39,574 nucleotides of DNA, taken from the NCBI GenBank assembly GCA_964603415.1, contig CAZRUN010000001.1:1-39574 (forward strand), in the 5' to 3' direction. How positions within the stretch are numbered: position 1 is the stretch's first letter; each line of letters opens with the position of its first letter. The DNA comes from an uncultured Candidatus Saccharibacteria bacterium (GTDB lineage: Bacteria > Patescibacteriota > Minisyncoccia > Phycocordibacterales > UBA9973). Shown piece by piece: positions 21,708 to 30,378 of this stretch. A model generated the notes under the pieces. It did no database searches, was not told the DNA's origin, and saw only the letters and a list, made by a program, of their open reading frames with translations. The position numbers and the translations under genes are program-made.

Positions 21708-22727
21708 ATGAACAGCTCAACATACGGAAATACCAATACATTTCCAATGTACGCAAATAATATCAACCAGTTCATGGAAGATTATTTGTCACGTTACACT
21801 CCAGAATCTGCAGGACTTTTCATTTCACAAAACGTGGGAGAAAATGCTGAAGATGTAAAACTTGTTCGTGAACAGGACATGGAGTTCTACGCACAGGACA
21901 AACCACAAGGAACAGATGCACAGCGTCTTGCACTTGGAACTGGTTACTTCAAAGAAATCAAAGCTTACCGAATCGGTGCTCAATTCAACTTGACATACGA
22001 AATGCGTGTAGCACCACGATTCTCTCTTGGAGAAGCAGTATCAGAATTTGCTAAATCAGTACCATCTCGTATGGAACTTGATCGTCAACACTTCCTATCA
22101 TTCTCAAACGCAACTACTTATGTAAACATGAGTGGACGAACTGTAGATGTAGCAGGAGGAGACGGACTAGCAATCATTTCAGCTACTCACCCATTGGCTC
22201 ACTCAGCAATCACATGGTCTAACTTGGTTCCAGGTAACCCATCATTGTCTGTAACAGCTCTTGAATCAGCTGAAACACTTGGAGTTACTAACGTTTTGAA
22301 CAACTACGGAAACCCAGTACCTTACAAATTCACTCACTTGATTGTTCAAAAGCAATCACCTGAAACATGCCGTATTGCTACTGAAATCCTACGTTCATCT
22401 TCATTGGTTACACAAGCTAACCCAGGAGTTGTTAACACATTCAGTACAAAGTACAACTTGATGGAACTTTCACAAGTTGCAACTAACGCTATGGGTGTTA
22501 CTGACAACAGTAAATCTAAATGGTGGTTCTTAGCAGCACTTGGACAAGGATCACAACGATTCCGAGCTTACGAATTAGTATGGGAAGCACCTCACATGAA
22601 TGCTGCACCAGCTGGATCTAACAACGGAATTGATGCTTACAACGATGACATGACTTTCGGTATGCGTGCTCGATACGGACACGGAGTACTTTCAGCTCGT
22701 GGTATCATTGGTTCATTTGCTTCTTAA
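21708..22727 (+). CDS. Major capsid protein (by position and size)
   Basis: 339-aa ORF after the scaffold and decoration genes. It is followed by a strong RNA hairpin, which suggests a discrete abundant transcript end. Confidence 0.65.
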   Translation: MNSSTYGNTNTFPMYANNINQFMEDYLSRYTPESAGLFISQNVGENAEDVKLVREQDMEFYAQDKPQGTDAQRLALGTGYFKEIKAYRIGAQFNLTYEMRVAPRFSLGEAVSEFAKSVPSRMELDRQHFLSFSNATTYVNMSGRTVDVAGGDGLAIISATHPLAHSAITWSNLVPGNPSLSVTALESAETLGVTNVLNNYGNPVPYKFTHLIVQKQSPETCRIATEILRSSSLVTQANPGVVNTFSTKYNLMELSQVATNAMGVTDNSKSKWWFLAALGQGSQRFRAYELVWEAPHMNAAPAGSNNGIDAYNDDMTFGMRARYGHGVLSARGIIGSFAS

Positions 22728-22737
22728 TTATCAATAT

Positions 22738-22805
22738 AAGCCCATCGGGGGCTTATAGGGGCGAAAGCTTGTATTATGGTTTCCAAGCTATCCCCTACAA
22801 GCCCC
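22738..22805 (+). promoter_or_regulatory. Compound GC-rich stem-loop after the capsid gene (no U-tract)
   Basis: GGGGCTTATAGGGG (22748-22761) pairs with CCCCTACAAGCCCC (22792-22805). An inner helix pairs AGCTTG with CAAGCT. An alternative short hairpin is AAGCCC-ATCG-GGGCTT (22738-22754). Confidence 0.5.
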
Positions 22806-22820
22806 TGATGTAACACTACT

Positions 22821-23141
22821 ATGTCAATACAATACACACGTGGTCCATTGTCTTTTGAACCTGCATTATTTGATGCAAGTCTCAACGGTCAAGGGCTTAT
22901 CACTGAATGTCAAAAAAGTACAACTGGAGCACCTGCAGCTACTGCTGGGAAGTTTATTCCAGGAGCACTTGTTACAGCTAGTAACTCAGTGATCTGGCAG
23001 AACACAGGAACTACAGCTTCACCTGTTTGGACAACAAACAGTACAGGAGCTGGAGCAACAGGTCCTACTGGAGCAACTGGAGCAACTGGAGCAACTGGTA
23101 CTACTGGAGCTACAGGTCCTACAGGTCCTACAGGAGCTTAA
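22821..23141 (+). CDS. Collagen-like (G-x-T repeat, BclA-like) protein, 106 aa
   Basis: The C-terminus reads GAGATGPTGATGATGATGTTGATGPTGPTGA, which contains nine consecutive G-x-T triplets, preceded by a 75-aa globular region. Confidence 0.8.
   Translation: MSIQYTRGPLSFEPALFDASLNGQGLITECQKSTTGAPAATAGKFIPGALVTASNSVIWQNTGTTASPVWTTNSTGAGATGPTGATGATGATGTTGATGPTGPTGA
23046..23138 (+). repeat. 9-nt periodic tandem repeat encoding the G-x-T triplets
   Basis: ACTGGAGCA occurs three times in tandem, followed by ACAGGTCCT twice. All copies are in frame. Confidence 0.85.
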
Positions 23142-23201
23142 TTGAACTCTTTTACACTCACTTTATGGTGGGTGGATAAAGGGTTTAACCCCTTTAAAAC
23201 C

Positions 23202-24074
23202 ATGAAACTATCTTTATCAATGATTGTTAAAAATGAAGAAAACCATCTTACTACAGCACTTGAATCAGTTTCAGGTATTCATGAGATAGTTATTTGTGAC
23301 ACAGGATCAACTGATAACACAGTAGAACTTGCTAAAAACTACACAGATAAAGTATTTACTGATTACACATGGAATGATGATTTTGCAGAAGCTAGAAACC
23401 ATGCACTTGCAAAGTGTACTGGGGACTGGATTCTTATTGTAGACGCTGATGAGCGACTTGCTACACCTATTGAGGAAGTAATCAAGTACGTTACTGAGGC
23501 GGATCAGAAAGGGTTAAAAACAATTAGCTGTAAAGTGATTTCAGAGAAATGGAATCAGATGCACAGACAACCACGACTCTTTAAAAAATGCGATGAAGTA
23601 TTTTGGAAAGGTGCGATACACAACCATCTAAGCGTTGATGAGCATAACTACCAAGATATCGAAGTTTATTATGGATATTCAGATGCACACCAAAAAGACC
23701 CTGATCGAGCATTGAGAATACTTACCAAAGTAGTTAATGAAAAACCGGATCGTGCTAGAGAGAAATACTATTTAGCACGAGAATACTGGTATCGACACGA
23801 CTATACAACAGCTTTGCATTGGTACGAGAAGTATATTCAAGTATCAAAGTACCCGGCAGAACTTGCAGATGCTTACCTTATGTCAGCTAGATGCTTACAC
23901 GCACTAGGAAATATGGAAGAATCAAAGACACAATGTCTTAATGCAATTAAAGTGAACACGAATTTTAAGGAGGCTATCTTATTTTTAGCAAGCCTATCAG
24001 GACCTAAGAATAAGAAACGATGGACTGACTTTGCAGAGGGAGCAACCAATGAAGATGTCTTATTTATTAGATAG
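23202..24074 (+). CDS. Family-2 (GT-A) glycosyltransferase with a TPR-like C-terminal half
   Basis: Motifs LSLSMIVKNEE, ICDTGSTDNT and ILIVDADERL (DxD). The C-terminal region has TPR-like repeats (YYLAREYWYRHDYTTALHWYEKYI...). The ATG at 23202 is preferred over the TTG at 23142. Confidence 0.85.
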   Translation: MKLSLSMIVKNEENHLTTALESVSGIHEIVICDTGSTDNTVELAKNYTDKVFTDYTWNDDFAEARNHALAKCTGDWILIVDADERLATPIEEVIKYVTEADQKGLKTISCKVISEKWNQMHRQPRLFKKCDEVFWKGAIHNHLSVDEHNYQDIEVYYGYSDAHQKDPDRALRILTKVVNEKPDRAREKYYLAREYWYRHDYTTALHWYEKYIQVSKYPAELADAYLMSARCLHALGNMEESKTQCLNAIKVNTNFKEAILFLASLSGPKNKKRWTDFAEGATNEDVLFIR

Positions 24075-24091
24075 TATTATAACCATATTTA

Positions 24092-24132
24092 TGGTATAAT
24101 AATATACAAGAAACCATAGATTATTAATCTAT
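24092..24132 (+). promoter_or_regulatory. Extended -10 promoter (TGGTATAAT 24092-24100) followed by a 17-bp perfect palindrome
   Basis: ATAGATTA-T-TAATCTAT at 24116-24132 lies just downstream of the predicted start site and upstream of the ATG at 24146. Confidence 0.5.
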
Positions 24133-24145
24133 TCACACTAAAATT

Positions 24146-24514
24146 ATGTCAGTACCAAGAAATGTAAAAAAACAACCAATTACATGGACTTCAAACCTGT
24201 CTCAGCCAATACTCGTTACTGACTGGCGAAACATTGAAATCACTGTAGTAGGAACAGGAGACGTATCAGTCCTTGCATCAAAAGATAAGACTATTGATCC
24301 TATCGATTTTTCAAGTCCTTCAACGATTACCAACAGTTATGCGACTATCGCACTCTATGATGAAACAGTTACAAGTAGCAACTTTGTGACTACTTTAACC
24401 GTATCTGCATCTACTAAGATTGCAGAAATTGATTCTAACCTATTAACATGGATCGCAGTTTCACGATCAGCTGATACTGTTGATGCGTTCATTACTTACA
24501 GTGATAATCAGTAA
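24146..24514 (+). CDS. Hypothetical virion-module protein (122 aa, beta-rich)
   Basis: ATG-initiated ORF with its own promoter, immediately upstream of the fibre genes. Confidence 0.65.
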   Translation: MSVPRNVKKQPITWTSNLSQPILVTDWRNIEITVVGTGDVSVLASKDKTIDPIDFSSPSTITNSYATIALYDETVTSSNFVTTLTVSASTKIAEIDSNLLTWIAVSRSADTVDAFITYSDNQ

Positions 24515-24522
24515 TTAATTAT

Positions 24523-26208
24523 ATGGCACGAAGAAAAGCAAAATCAGATGGAGAAGCTTTTAATGGGGTAACTACCGATCAAGTCACTATTCTAGGTGAC
24601 GGGTTTAACATACCTCTATATGCCGTAACACAACAAACAGGTAAAGGACTTCTTTCAGGAGGTGCAGTATGGACAGGTACAGGATTTGTATTCGATGTAA
24701 CAGCTCTCTCATACTTTATTGACGGAGTAAACTACACAGCAAGTCCAGCACAAGTAACTCTTGCAGGTTCAGACCCAACAGATGACCGATTCGATTACAT
24801 TGTAGTCGATGACGCAGGTACAATCTCTGTAATTACAGGAACTCCAGGGACACCACCAGCAGTGCCTACACTTGCTTGGAATGAAGTAGGAGTAACAATC
24901 GTATTAGTAGAAGCAGGTTCAACAACACCTACAATCCTACAAGACCTCATTTACAATGAAGACACAGGAGCACCTACAGAATGGGTAACATCAACCTATA
25001 ACATTACAGGAACACAGGCAGGAACAGTTGTATATAACTCAACAGATACTCCATACAGTGGAACATTACTCGCACAAGCTACCGCAACAAACTTACGGCG
25101 TGGTATGCGATTCACACGAGGTACTGACATCAGTATCCAGCAGTTCGGATATGTAGCACTTGCTTTCAGAATTGACGGAGTAGCACTGCCTACATCTAAA
25201 AGTCCTATCATTCGATTTCAGAACTCATCAGGTGGTCTCATTGGAAACAGTGTAAACCTAGTTACTTATGGACTAAGTAGAACAGTAGTCGGAACATGGC
25301 AGTTGCTCTCAATCCCAGTAACCGCTTTCGGTAACATAACAAACGTACGCTCACTTACAGCAGTTGTAAACGGAGCAGGTACAACTAGTTGGTCAATGGA
25401 TAGAATCTTCCTTTCAGGAGCAATCCCACCACAAGGACTATCAGGTCCAATATTCCTATCAGCAACAGGTACACTTTACTCACAAGGAGCAGGTGCAGGA
25501 GCAACAGGAGTAGCAGACAGTATCTTTCTAGGTACTAACGCAGGTTTCCAAGCTACAGCAGCAGACGTATCTATATTCCAAGGTAAGAACGCAGGGTATG
25601 GAGCAACCAATGCAAACAATGGTATCTTCTTAGGGCTTAACTCTGGTTACAAAGCAACTGACGCAGGCAGTTCTGTATTCATTGGTGAAAGTTCTGGAAG
25701 TGAAGCAACAAACGCATACAGCGCATTGTTTCTAGGTAAAGGCTCTGGAGAAAATGCATCACTTGCAAACCGAGGAGTATTCTTAGGAAGAGATGCAGGT
25801 AGAAATGCCACTAACGCTTTCCTATCTACATTTGCTGGATATAAAGCAGGAGAAAACTCAACTAACGCAGCTAACTCTATCTTTATTGGTAATGCAACAG
25901 GTCGTAACGATACTGTAAACAACACCGCATCAGGTACAAGTATTCTTATCGGTAACAGTTCAAGTACAGGTGGATTTCAGGATAGTATCGGACTTGGTGA
26001 GGGTGCTACAAACACAGCAGCTAATCAGTTTATGGTTGGTTCAGCTACGACACCCGTTAATCAAATGGTAGTCAAAGGAACAGGAGCAATCCAAGTACCA
26101 GTAGGAACAACAGCAGAGCGTATTGCAACTCAAGGAGCAATCCGATATAACACTACAACAAGTAAATTCGAGGGGTACGATGGTACAACTTGGGTCGATC
26201 TCAATTAA
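24523..26208 (+). CDS. Tail fibre / receptor-binding protein 1 with YadA-head-like repeats
   Basis: About eight repeats of roughly 19 aa of the type (S/N)xFxGxxAGxxATxAxx. The C-terminus GAIRYNTTTSKFEGYDGTTWVDL is a motif common in phage fibres. Confidence 0.75.
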   Translation: MARRKAKSDGEAFNGVTTDQVTILGDGFNIPLYAVTQQTGKGLLSGGAVWTGTGFVFDVTALSYFIDGVNYTASPAQVTLAGSDPTDDRFDYIVVDDAGTISVITGTPGTPPAVPTLAWNEVGVTIVLVEAGSTTPTILQDLIYNEDTGAPTEWVTSTYNITGTQAGTVVYNSTDTPYSGTLLAQATATNLRRGMRFTRGTDISIQQFGYVALAFRIDGVALPTSKSPIIRFQNSSGGLIGNSVNLVTYGLSRTVVGTWQLLSIPVTAFGNITNVRSLTAVVNGAGTTSWSMDRIFLSGAIPPQGLSGPIFLSATGTLYSQGAGAGATGVADSIFLGTNAGFQATAADVSIFQGKNAGYGATNANNGIFLGLNSGYKATDAGSSVFIGESSGSEATNAYSALFLGKGSGENASLANRGVFLGRDAGRNATNAFLSTFAGYKAGENSTNAANSIFIGNATGRNDTVNNTASGTSILIGNSSSTGGFQDSIGLGEGATNTAANQFMVGSATTPVNQMVVKGTGAIQVPVGTTAERIATQGAIRYNTTTSKFEGYDGTTWVDLN

Positions 26209-26231
26209 TCAATTAATAAATTTATAATTAT

Positions 26232-28346
26232 ATGGCACGAAGAAAAGCAAAAGGAGATGGCGGAGGCGGAGGAGGCGGAGCTTTCTCATCAATCACAGGT
26301 ACACCTACAGAAGTAGCGTACTTTGATGCTACAACAGGAAACGGTACGTCAAACCCAGCATTTTGGGTAGATGAAACAACAGGATTTGATTTATTCGTTT
26401 ATGATAACGCACCACCTACTATTACTTATGGAGTAATTAACTCATCAGGTGTTACTGGTATTGACGACCTAACATACGCAGGTACATTTACAGGTGCAGA
26501 TACAGGGCTTGTTTCAACATTATATACCGTAACAATGGGTAAATCAGATGCCTTTACATGGACTTCTAACCAAGGAGGTTCAGGAGGTAGTACAGCACCT
26601 GTTACAGGATTCGCTCTTGATAACGGAATTACTATCGACTTACCATCTACAGGATATAACGAAACAGATGTTTGGACTTTCCAAATTGAAGTAATCAGTA
26701 ACGAGGTAGGTTCAGTATACACAAAAACGTTAAAACTTATCAGTACGGGTGATACTGGAACTATAGATATTAGTTCCCCAGCAAGTGCTAGTTATGGATT
26801 GGTATTACCACCAGCACAAGGTGCATCAGGAGAAACTCTTATCAACGATGGTTCTGGTAACATGTCATGGGGAAGTGGAGTGTTCTTGTTAGATACTACT
26901 GGTCCAGGTGGATTTGGTAACATCTACTCAAGTGATTCTGGATTTGTCCCAGGTACATCTGATGCAGTGTTTATTGCAGGTGAACAAGCAGGAATGGGGG
27001 CTACAGGAGATTTTACTGGTTCCCAATGGATTGGTCTAGGAGCAGGAAGTAGTTCAATAGATGCTGCCTATTCTGTATTTATTGGTGCAGGTGCTGGTGG
27101 GTCAGCGGAAAATGCAAATGGTGCTGTATTTATTGGAAGTGCAACAGGAGATTTTGCAATAGATGCTTTTGATTCTGTATTTATTGGTGGAGGTGCTGGA
27201 CAGGATTCAAATAATTCATCTAGTTCAAACTTTCTTGGAGTAAATGCAGGGAGTACCTCTGATGGAGTTGCTAATAACTATTTAGGAGCATATTCTGGTC
27301 AAGATGCTACTGGTAACTACAATAACTTCCTAGGTTTTGAAACAGGTAGAAATGCAACAGGTGCAGAAAACTCATTCTTTGCACAACGTGATGCAGGTAG
27401 AGATTCTGTTGGAGCAGACCATTCAATATTTATCGGAGAAAACTCTGGTAAAAATTCTGATGGTGCACAGTATTCAAATTTCTTAGGTTTTGGTTCTGGT
27501 CAATTATCAGTAGACGTATCAAATGCAAACGTATTTGGTCGTAGTGCAGGTTATGATTCTGAAGATTCTCAAAACGTAAACTGGTTTGGTCAAAATGCAG
27601 GATACCAAGCTTTCGGTGCATCTAACACAAACTTCTTTGGACAAGGTGCAGGGTATCAAGCGAATAACAGTAGTAACGCAATTGCAATCGGAGCGGGAGC
27701 AGGGGCATTGATTGACGGAGCAAGAAACGCAATCTTCCTTGGTGCTCAAGCTGGTTATCTTGATACAGTGGATAACACTGGAAGTTCTGATGACTACTCA
27801 ATCGCAATCGGTGGTCTATCTTCAACAGGTGGATTCTCAAACAGTATTGCTTTAGGTGGACGAGCAACAAACACAGCTACAAATCAGCTCATGCTTGGTT
27901 CAAGTACACGACCTATCAATGAGATTACTCTTAACGGTAACAGTGATGACAACATCATTACGTATACAAAGAAAATCACTTCTATTCCATCAGCAGTAAA
28001 CGCAATGAACACAACTCCTATCCTTACTGGAATTACAGCTCCAAGTGGATATGCAGTGCAAATCCTTGATGTTTACGGAGGAGTTACATACAACACAACT
28101 CCATACGCAACTAACACAGGAGTAAACATTGCATTCTCTACAGCTCCAACTCAATCAGTATGGCAGAACGCAAACATTATTGGAGGTACAACTTCAGAAA
28201 TTAGACGATTCTCAAAAACAACTGGTTCAGGTGCAGAAGTAGTAATTCCAAACGATGAACTTGTAATTACAAACATTGTTGGAGACCCTACGGCTGGAGA
28301 TAGTGACCTAAACGTATACATTACTTATAAGATAATCAAACTATAA
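26232..28346 (+). CDS. Tail fibre / receptor-binding protein 2 (paralogue of fibre 1 with an extra C-terminal domain)
   Basis: It shares the MARRKAK N-terminus with fibre 1, carries a G7 tract, and has a longer array of the same repeat. It has the homologous NQLMLGSSTRPINE segment plus about 150 extra C-terminal residues. Confidence 0.75.
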   Translation: MARRKAKGDGGGGGGGAFSSITGTPTEVAYFDATTGNGTSNPAFWVDETTGFDLFVYDNAPPTITYGVINSSGVTGIDDLTYAGTFTGADTGLVSTLYTVTMGKSDAFTWTSNQGGSGGSTAPVTGFALDNGITIDLPSTGYNETDVWTFQIEVISNEVGSVYTKTLKLISTGDTGTIDISSPASASYGLVLPPAQGASGETLINDGSGNMSWGSGVFLLDTTGPGGFGNIYSSDSGFVPGTSDAVFIAGEQAGMGATGDFTGSQWIGLGAGSSSIDAAYSVFIGAGAGGSAENANGAVFIGSATGDFAIDAFDSVFIGGGAGQDSNNSSSSNFLGVNAGSTSDGVANNYLGAYSGQDATGNYNNFLGFETGRNATGAENSFFAQRDAGRDSVGADHSIFIGENSGKNSDGAQYSNFLGFGSGQLSVDVSNANVFGRSAGYDSEDSQNVNWFGQNAGYQAFGASNTNFFGQGAGYQANNSSNAIAIGAGAGALIDGARNAIFLGAQAGYLDTVDNTGSSDDYSIAIGGLSSTGGFSNSIALGGRATNTATNQLMLGSSTRPINEITLNGNSDDNIITYTKKITSIPSAVNAMNTTPILTGITAPSGYAVQILDVYGGVTYNTTPYATNTGVNIAFSTAPTQSVWQNANIIGGTTSEIRRFSKTTGSGAEVVIPNDELVITNIVGDPTAGDSDLNVYITYKIIKL

Positions 28347-28349
28347 TAT

Positions 28350-28670
28350 ATGGCACTCATTAAACAAATTGAAACAAAAGAGGGAGCAGTTGCAAGTTAC
28401 TGGAGAATTAAACCTCGTGTAACTATCGACCTAATCTCAAAGAAAGTAAACTTTATCGTAGAATGTTATCTCAACGCAGATGCACGACACGATAATAAGC
28501 AACCTGTAGATTCAAAATCTTATTCAGCAGTAATTGATGAAGTAGGAGGAGACATTCGAGCTAAGCTCTATGTACTCTTACCAACACTTACTAATGGTAC
28601 AGAAGCAGGATTTGCACCTAACGCAGAAGCTACCCCATTCTTCGCAGATGCGGTATCAGACGAGTTGTAA
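28350..28670 (+). CDS. Hypothetical protein (106 aa); possibly a fibre-associated or assembly factor
   Basis: The ATGGCA start lies 3 nt after the fibre 2 stop. The function is suggested by position only. Confidence 0.6.
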   Translation: MALIKQIETKEGAVASYWRIKPRVTIDLISKKVNFIVECYLNADARHDNKQPVDSKSYSAVIDEVGGDIRAKLYVLLPTLTNGTEAGFAPNAEATPFFADAVSDEL

Positions 28671-28730
28671 TACTGTAGGACACATCAGCAATGGTGTTTC
28701 CTATCAGTCTTATAAGGACTGTTAATAATT

Positions 28731-29054
28731 ATGGATTTAACAACAATAACTCAATTGAAAGAAGTCGGTATAGCCCTCGTTGTAGTCGTGGGGTGTTGGT
28801 GGTTACTTCGTGATGTAATGTCTTCTATCAAAGACACAACCCAGAAAACCATTGAGGCTAACAAAGACGTGTTCGACCAGCTTATGTCTCGTATGCACGA
28901 ACAAGAAACAAACTACCGTTCTTATGTACAGGAAAACAACCACCAAAAGACTGAAATGATGTCTGAGGCGGTAAAGGTAATGTCCGACATTGGTAACACG
29001 ATTGAACAGCACAATAAGATCCTTGAGAAATTAGTAGATAAATTAGATAAATAA
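28731..29054 (+). CDS. N-terminally membrane-anchored coiled-coil protein (107 aa)
   Basis: TM segment VGIALVVVVGCWWLL is followed by a helical, charged region. Confidence 0.6.
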   Translation: MDLTTITQLKEVGIALVVVVGCWWLLRDVMSSIKDTTQKTIEANKDVFDQLMSRMHEQETNYRSYVQENNHQKTEMMSEAVKVMSDIGNTIEQHNKILEKLVDKLDK

Positions 29055-29058
29055 TTAT

Positions 29059-30363
29059 ATGGCATTCACACTCTCACAACTTAAAACTGATTTGTCACGA
29101 CGGGTAGCACCTGCCGATCCTTCGGATTCAAAAGATTTTTACGGTGCAGTTGAAACGAGTGCATATAGTCTTTTGTCAAAGATTAAACCAAAGGAACTAT
29201 CACGGCGAGCTATTATTGAAAATGCTTTGTACGACCAAGTGAATCGATACTCATGTCCTGAAGATCTTGATACGAACAAGATTATGCAGTGGTATCGTAT
29301 GGCACTCAACAACGGTGGGCGACAGCAGTTCCTCGGATTTGGTTCTCAAGTATCTAACCGATCATTTGATGCAGTATCAAGCTCACGAGGTATCTCAGGT
29401 GTACAGGATTGGGGAGGTGTTGATTCAGCAGGATCACTCTTTACGATTGAATACCAGTCAGGTAAAAAGTTTATTAAAGTACTTGATGGGCTTCCAAATA
29501 CCGGACTTACTATCTCAAACATGAACTCAATCAGTGATGATAATGGTACATGGAACACCTTCGGAAACGTTGTAAATCTTGCTACTGATAACCTTACTTA
29601 TTTAACAGGAACAGCATCACTTCGTTTTGATATCAATACTACAACTACAACTGGAGGGCTAGAAAACTACAACCTAGAAGCAAAAGATCTATCTGAATAC
29701 TTAAACGTTGGAAAAGTGTTTACATGGCTTGATATTCCAAACCAAAACCAAATCCAAACAATCACTATCGACTTATTCTCAAGTCTTACTGACTACTATT
29801 CAATTACAGTATCATCACCCCATGACGTGGATCAGTTCCAACTAGGGCAGAACATGTTAGGATTTGCACTTGATAGAGAGGTAATGAACACTGTCGGATC
29901 ACCTAACCCACAAGCAATCACAGGTGTACGATTCACATTCGTAACCAACGGAACACTTCAGATGAACTCAGTACGTATGGATAATATCGTAGCTCGTAAA
30001 GGGCACGTATACGGAGTACAGTACATTTCAAATCAAATGTTCCAAGACACTGTATCAAACCTTTGGAAGTCACGACCAACACTTGACAGTGATATCATTC
30101 ATGTTGAATACGATACTTACAATCTTTTACTAGATTTCTGTACCGTGGAACTTGCAAATGAATTGATGACTGACAGTGACGGACGACAGAACATTCGTAT
30201 CTATGAGGAAAAACTTGGGCGATCGGTTATTGAGTACAAGAAACGACACAAGGAAGAATTTATCGATGAGACACAAACACTTCGAAATTTCGGAGTACCC
30301 TATGGATACTACGGAGGGAGAGGTTTTGGAAACGGAGGATTACCACAAAATAGAAACTCTTAA
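29059..30363 (+). CDS. Virion structural protein (434 aa), possibly a tail adaptor/tubular component
   Basis: Large ORF in the tail module with a TTATATGGCA start. I recognised no motif. Confidence 0.55.
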   Translation: MAFTLSQLKTDLSRRVAPADPSDSKDFYGAVETSAYSLLSKIKPKELSRRAIIENALYDQVNRYSCPEDLDTNKIMQWYRMALNNGGRQQFLGFGSQVSNRSFDAVSSSRGISGVQDWGGVDSAGSLFTIEYQSGKKFIKVLDGLPNTGLTISNMNSISDDNGTWNTFGNVVNLATDNLTYLTGTASLRFDINTTTTTGGLENYNLEAKDLSEYLNVGKVFTWLDIPNQNQIQTITIDLFSSLTDYYSITVSSPHDVDQFQLGQNMLGFALDREVMNTVGSPNPQAITGVRFTFVTNGTLQMNSVRMDNIVARKGHVYGVQYISNQMFQDTVSNLWKSRPTLDSDIIHVEYDTYNLLLDFCTVELANELMTDSDGRQNIRIYEEKLGRSVIEYKKRHKEEFIDETQTLRNFGVPYGYYGGRGFGNGGLPQNRNS

Positions 30364-30378
30364 TTAATATAAATATTT

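Noticed and set aside
23142-23201. TTG start extending the glycosyltransferase by 20 aa
   Set aside because: The extension (NSFTLTLWWVDKGFNPFKT) precedes the canonical GT2 N-terminus MKLSLSMIVKNEE and has no start context. It is kept only as a note that the spacer is stop-free and in frame with the collagen-like gene.
26426-27870. Minus-strand ORFs inside fibre 2 (26426-26722, 27430-27621, 27519-27749, 27622-27870), and similar ones in other large structural genes
   Set aside because: They are antisense shadows favoured by repetitive, stop-poor sequence.
24523-28346. Diversity-generating retroelement (template/variable repeat pair) involving the two fibre genes
   Set aside because: No reverse transcriptase is present anywhere in the window. 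The similarity between the fibre 3' regions is ordinary paralogue divergence, not adenine-specific mismatches.
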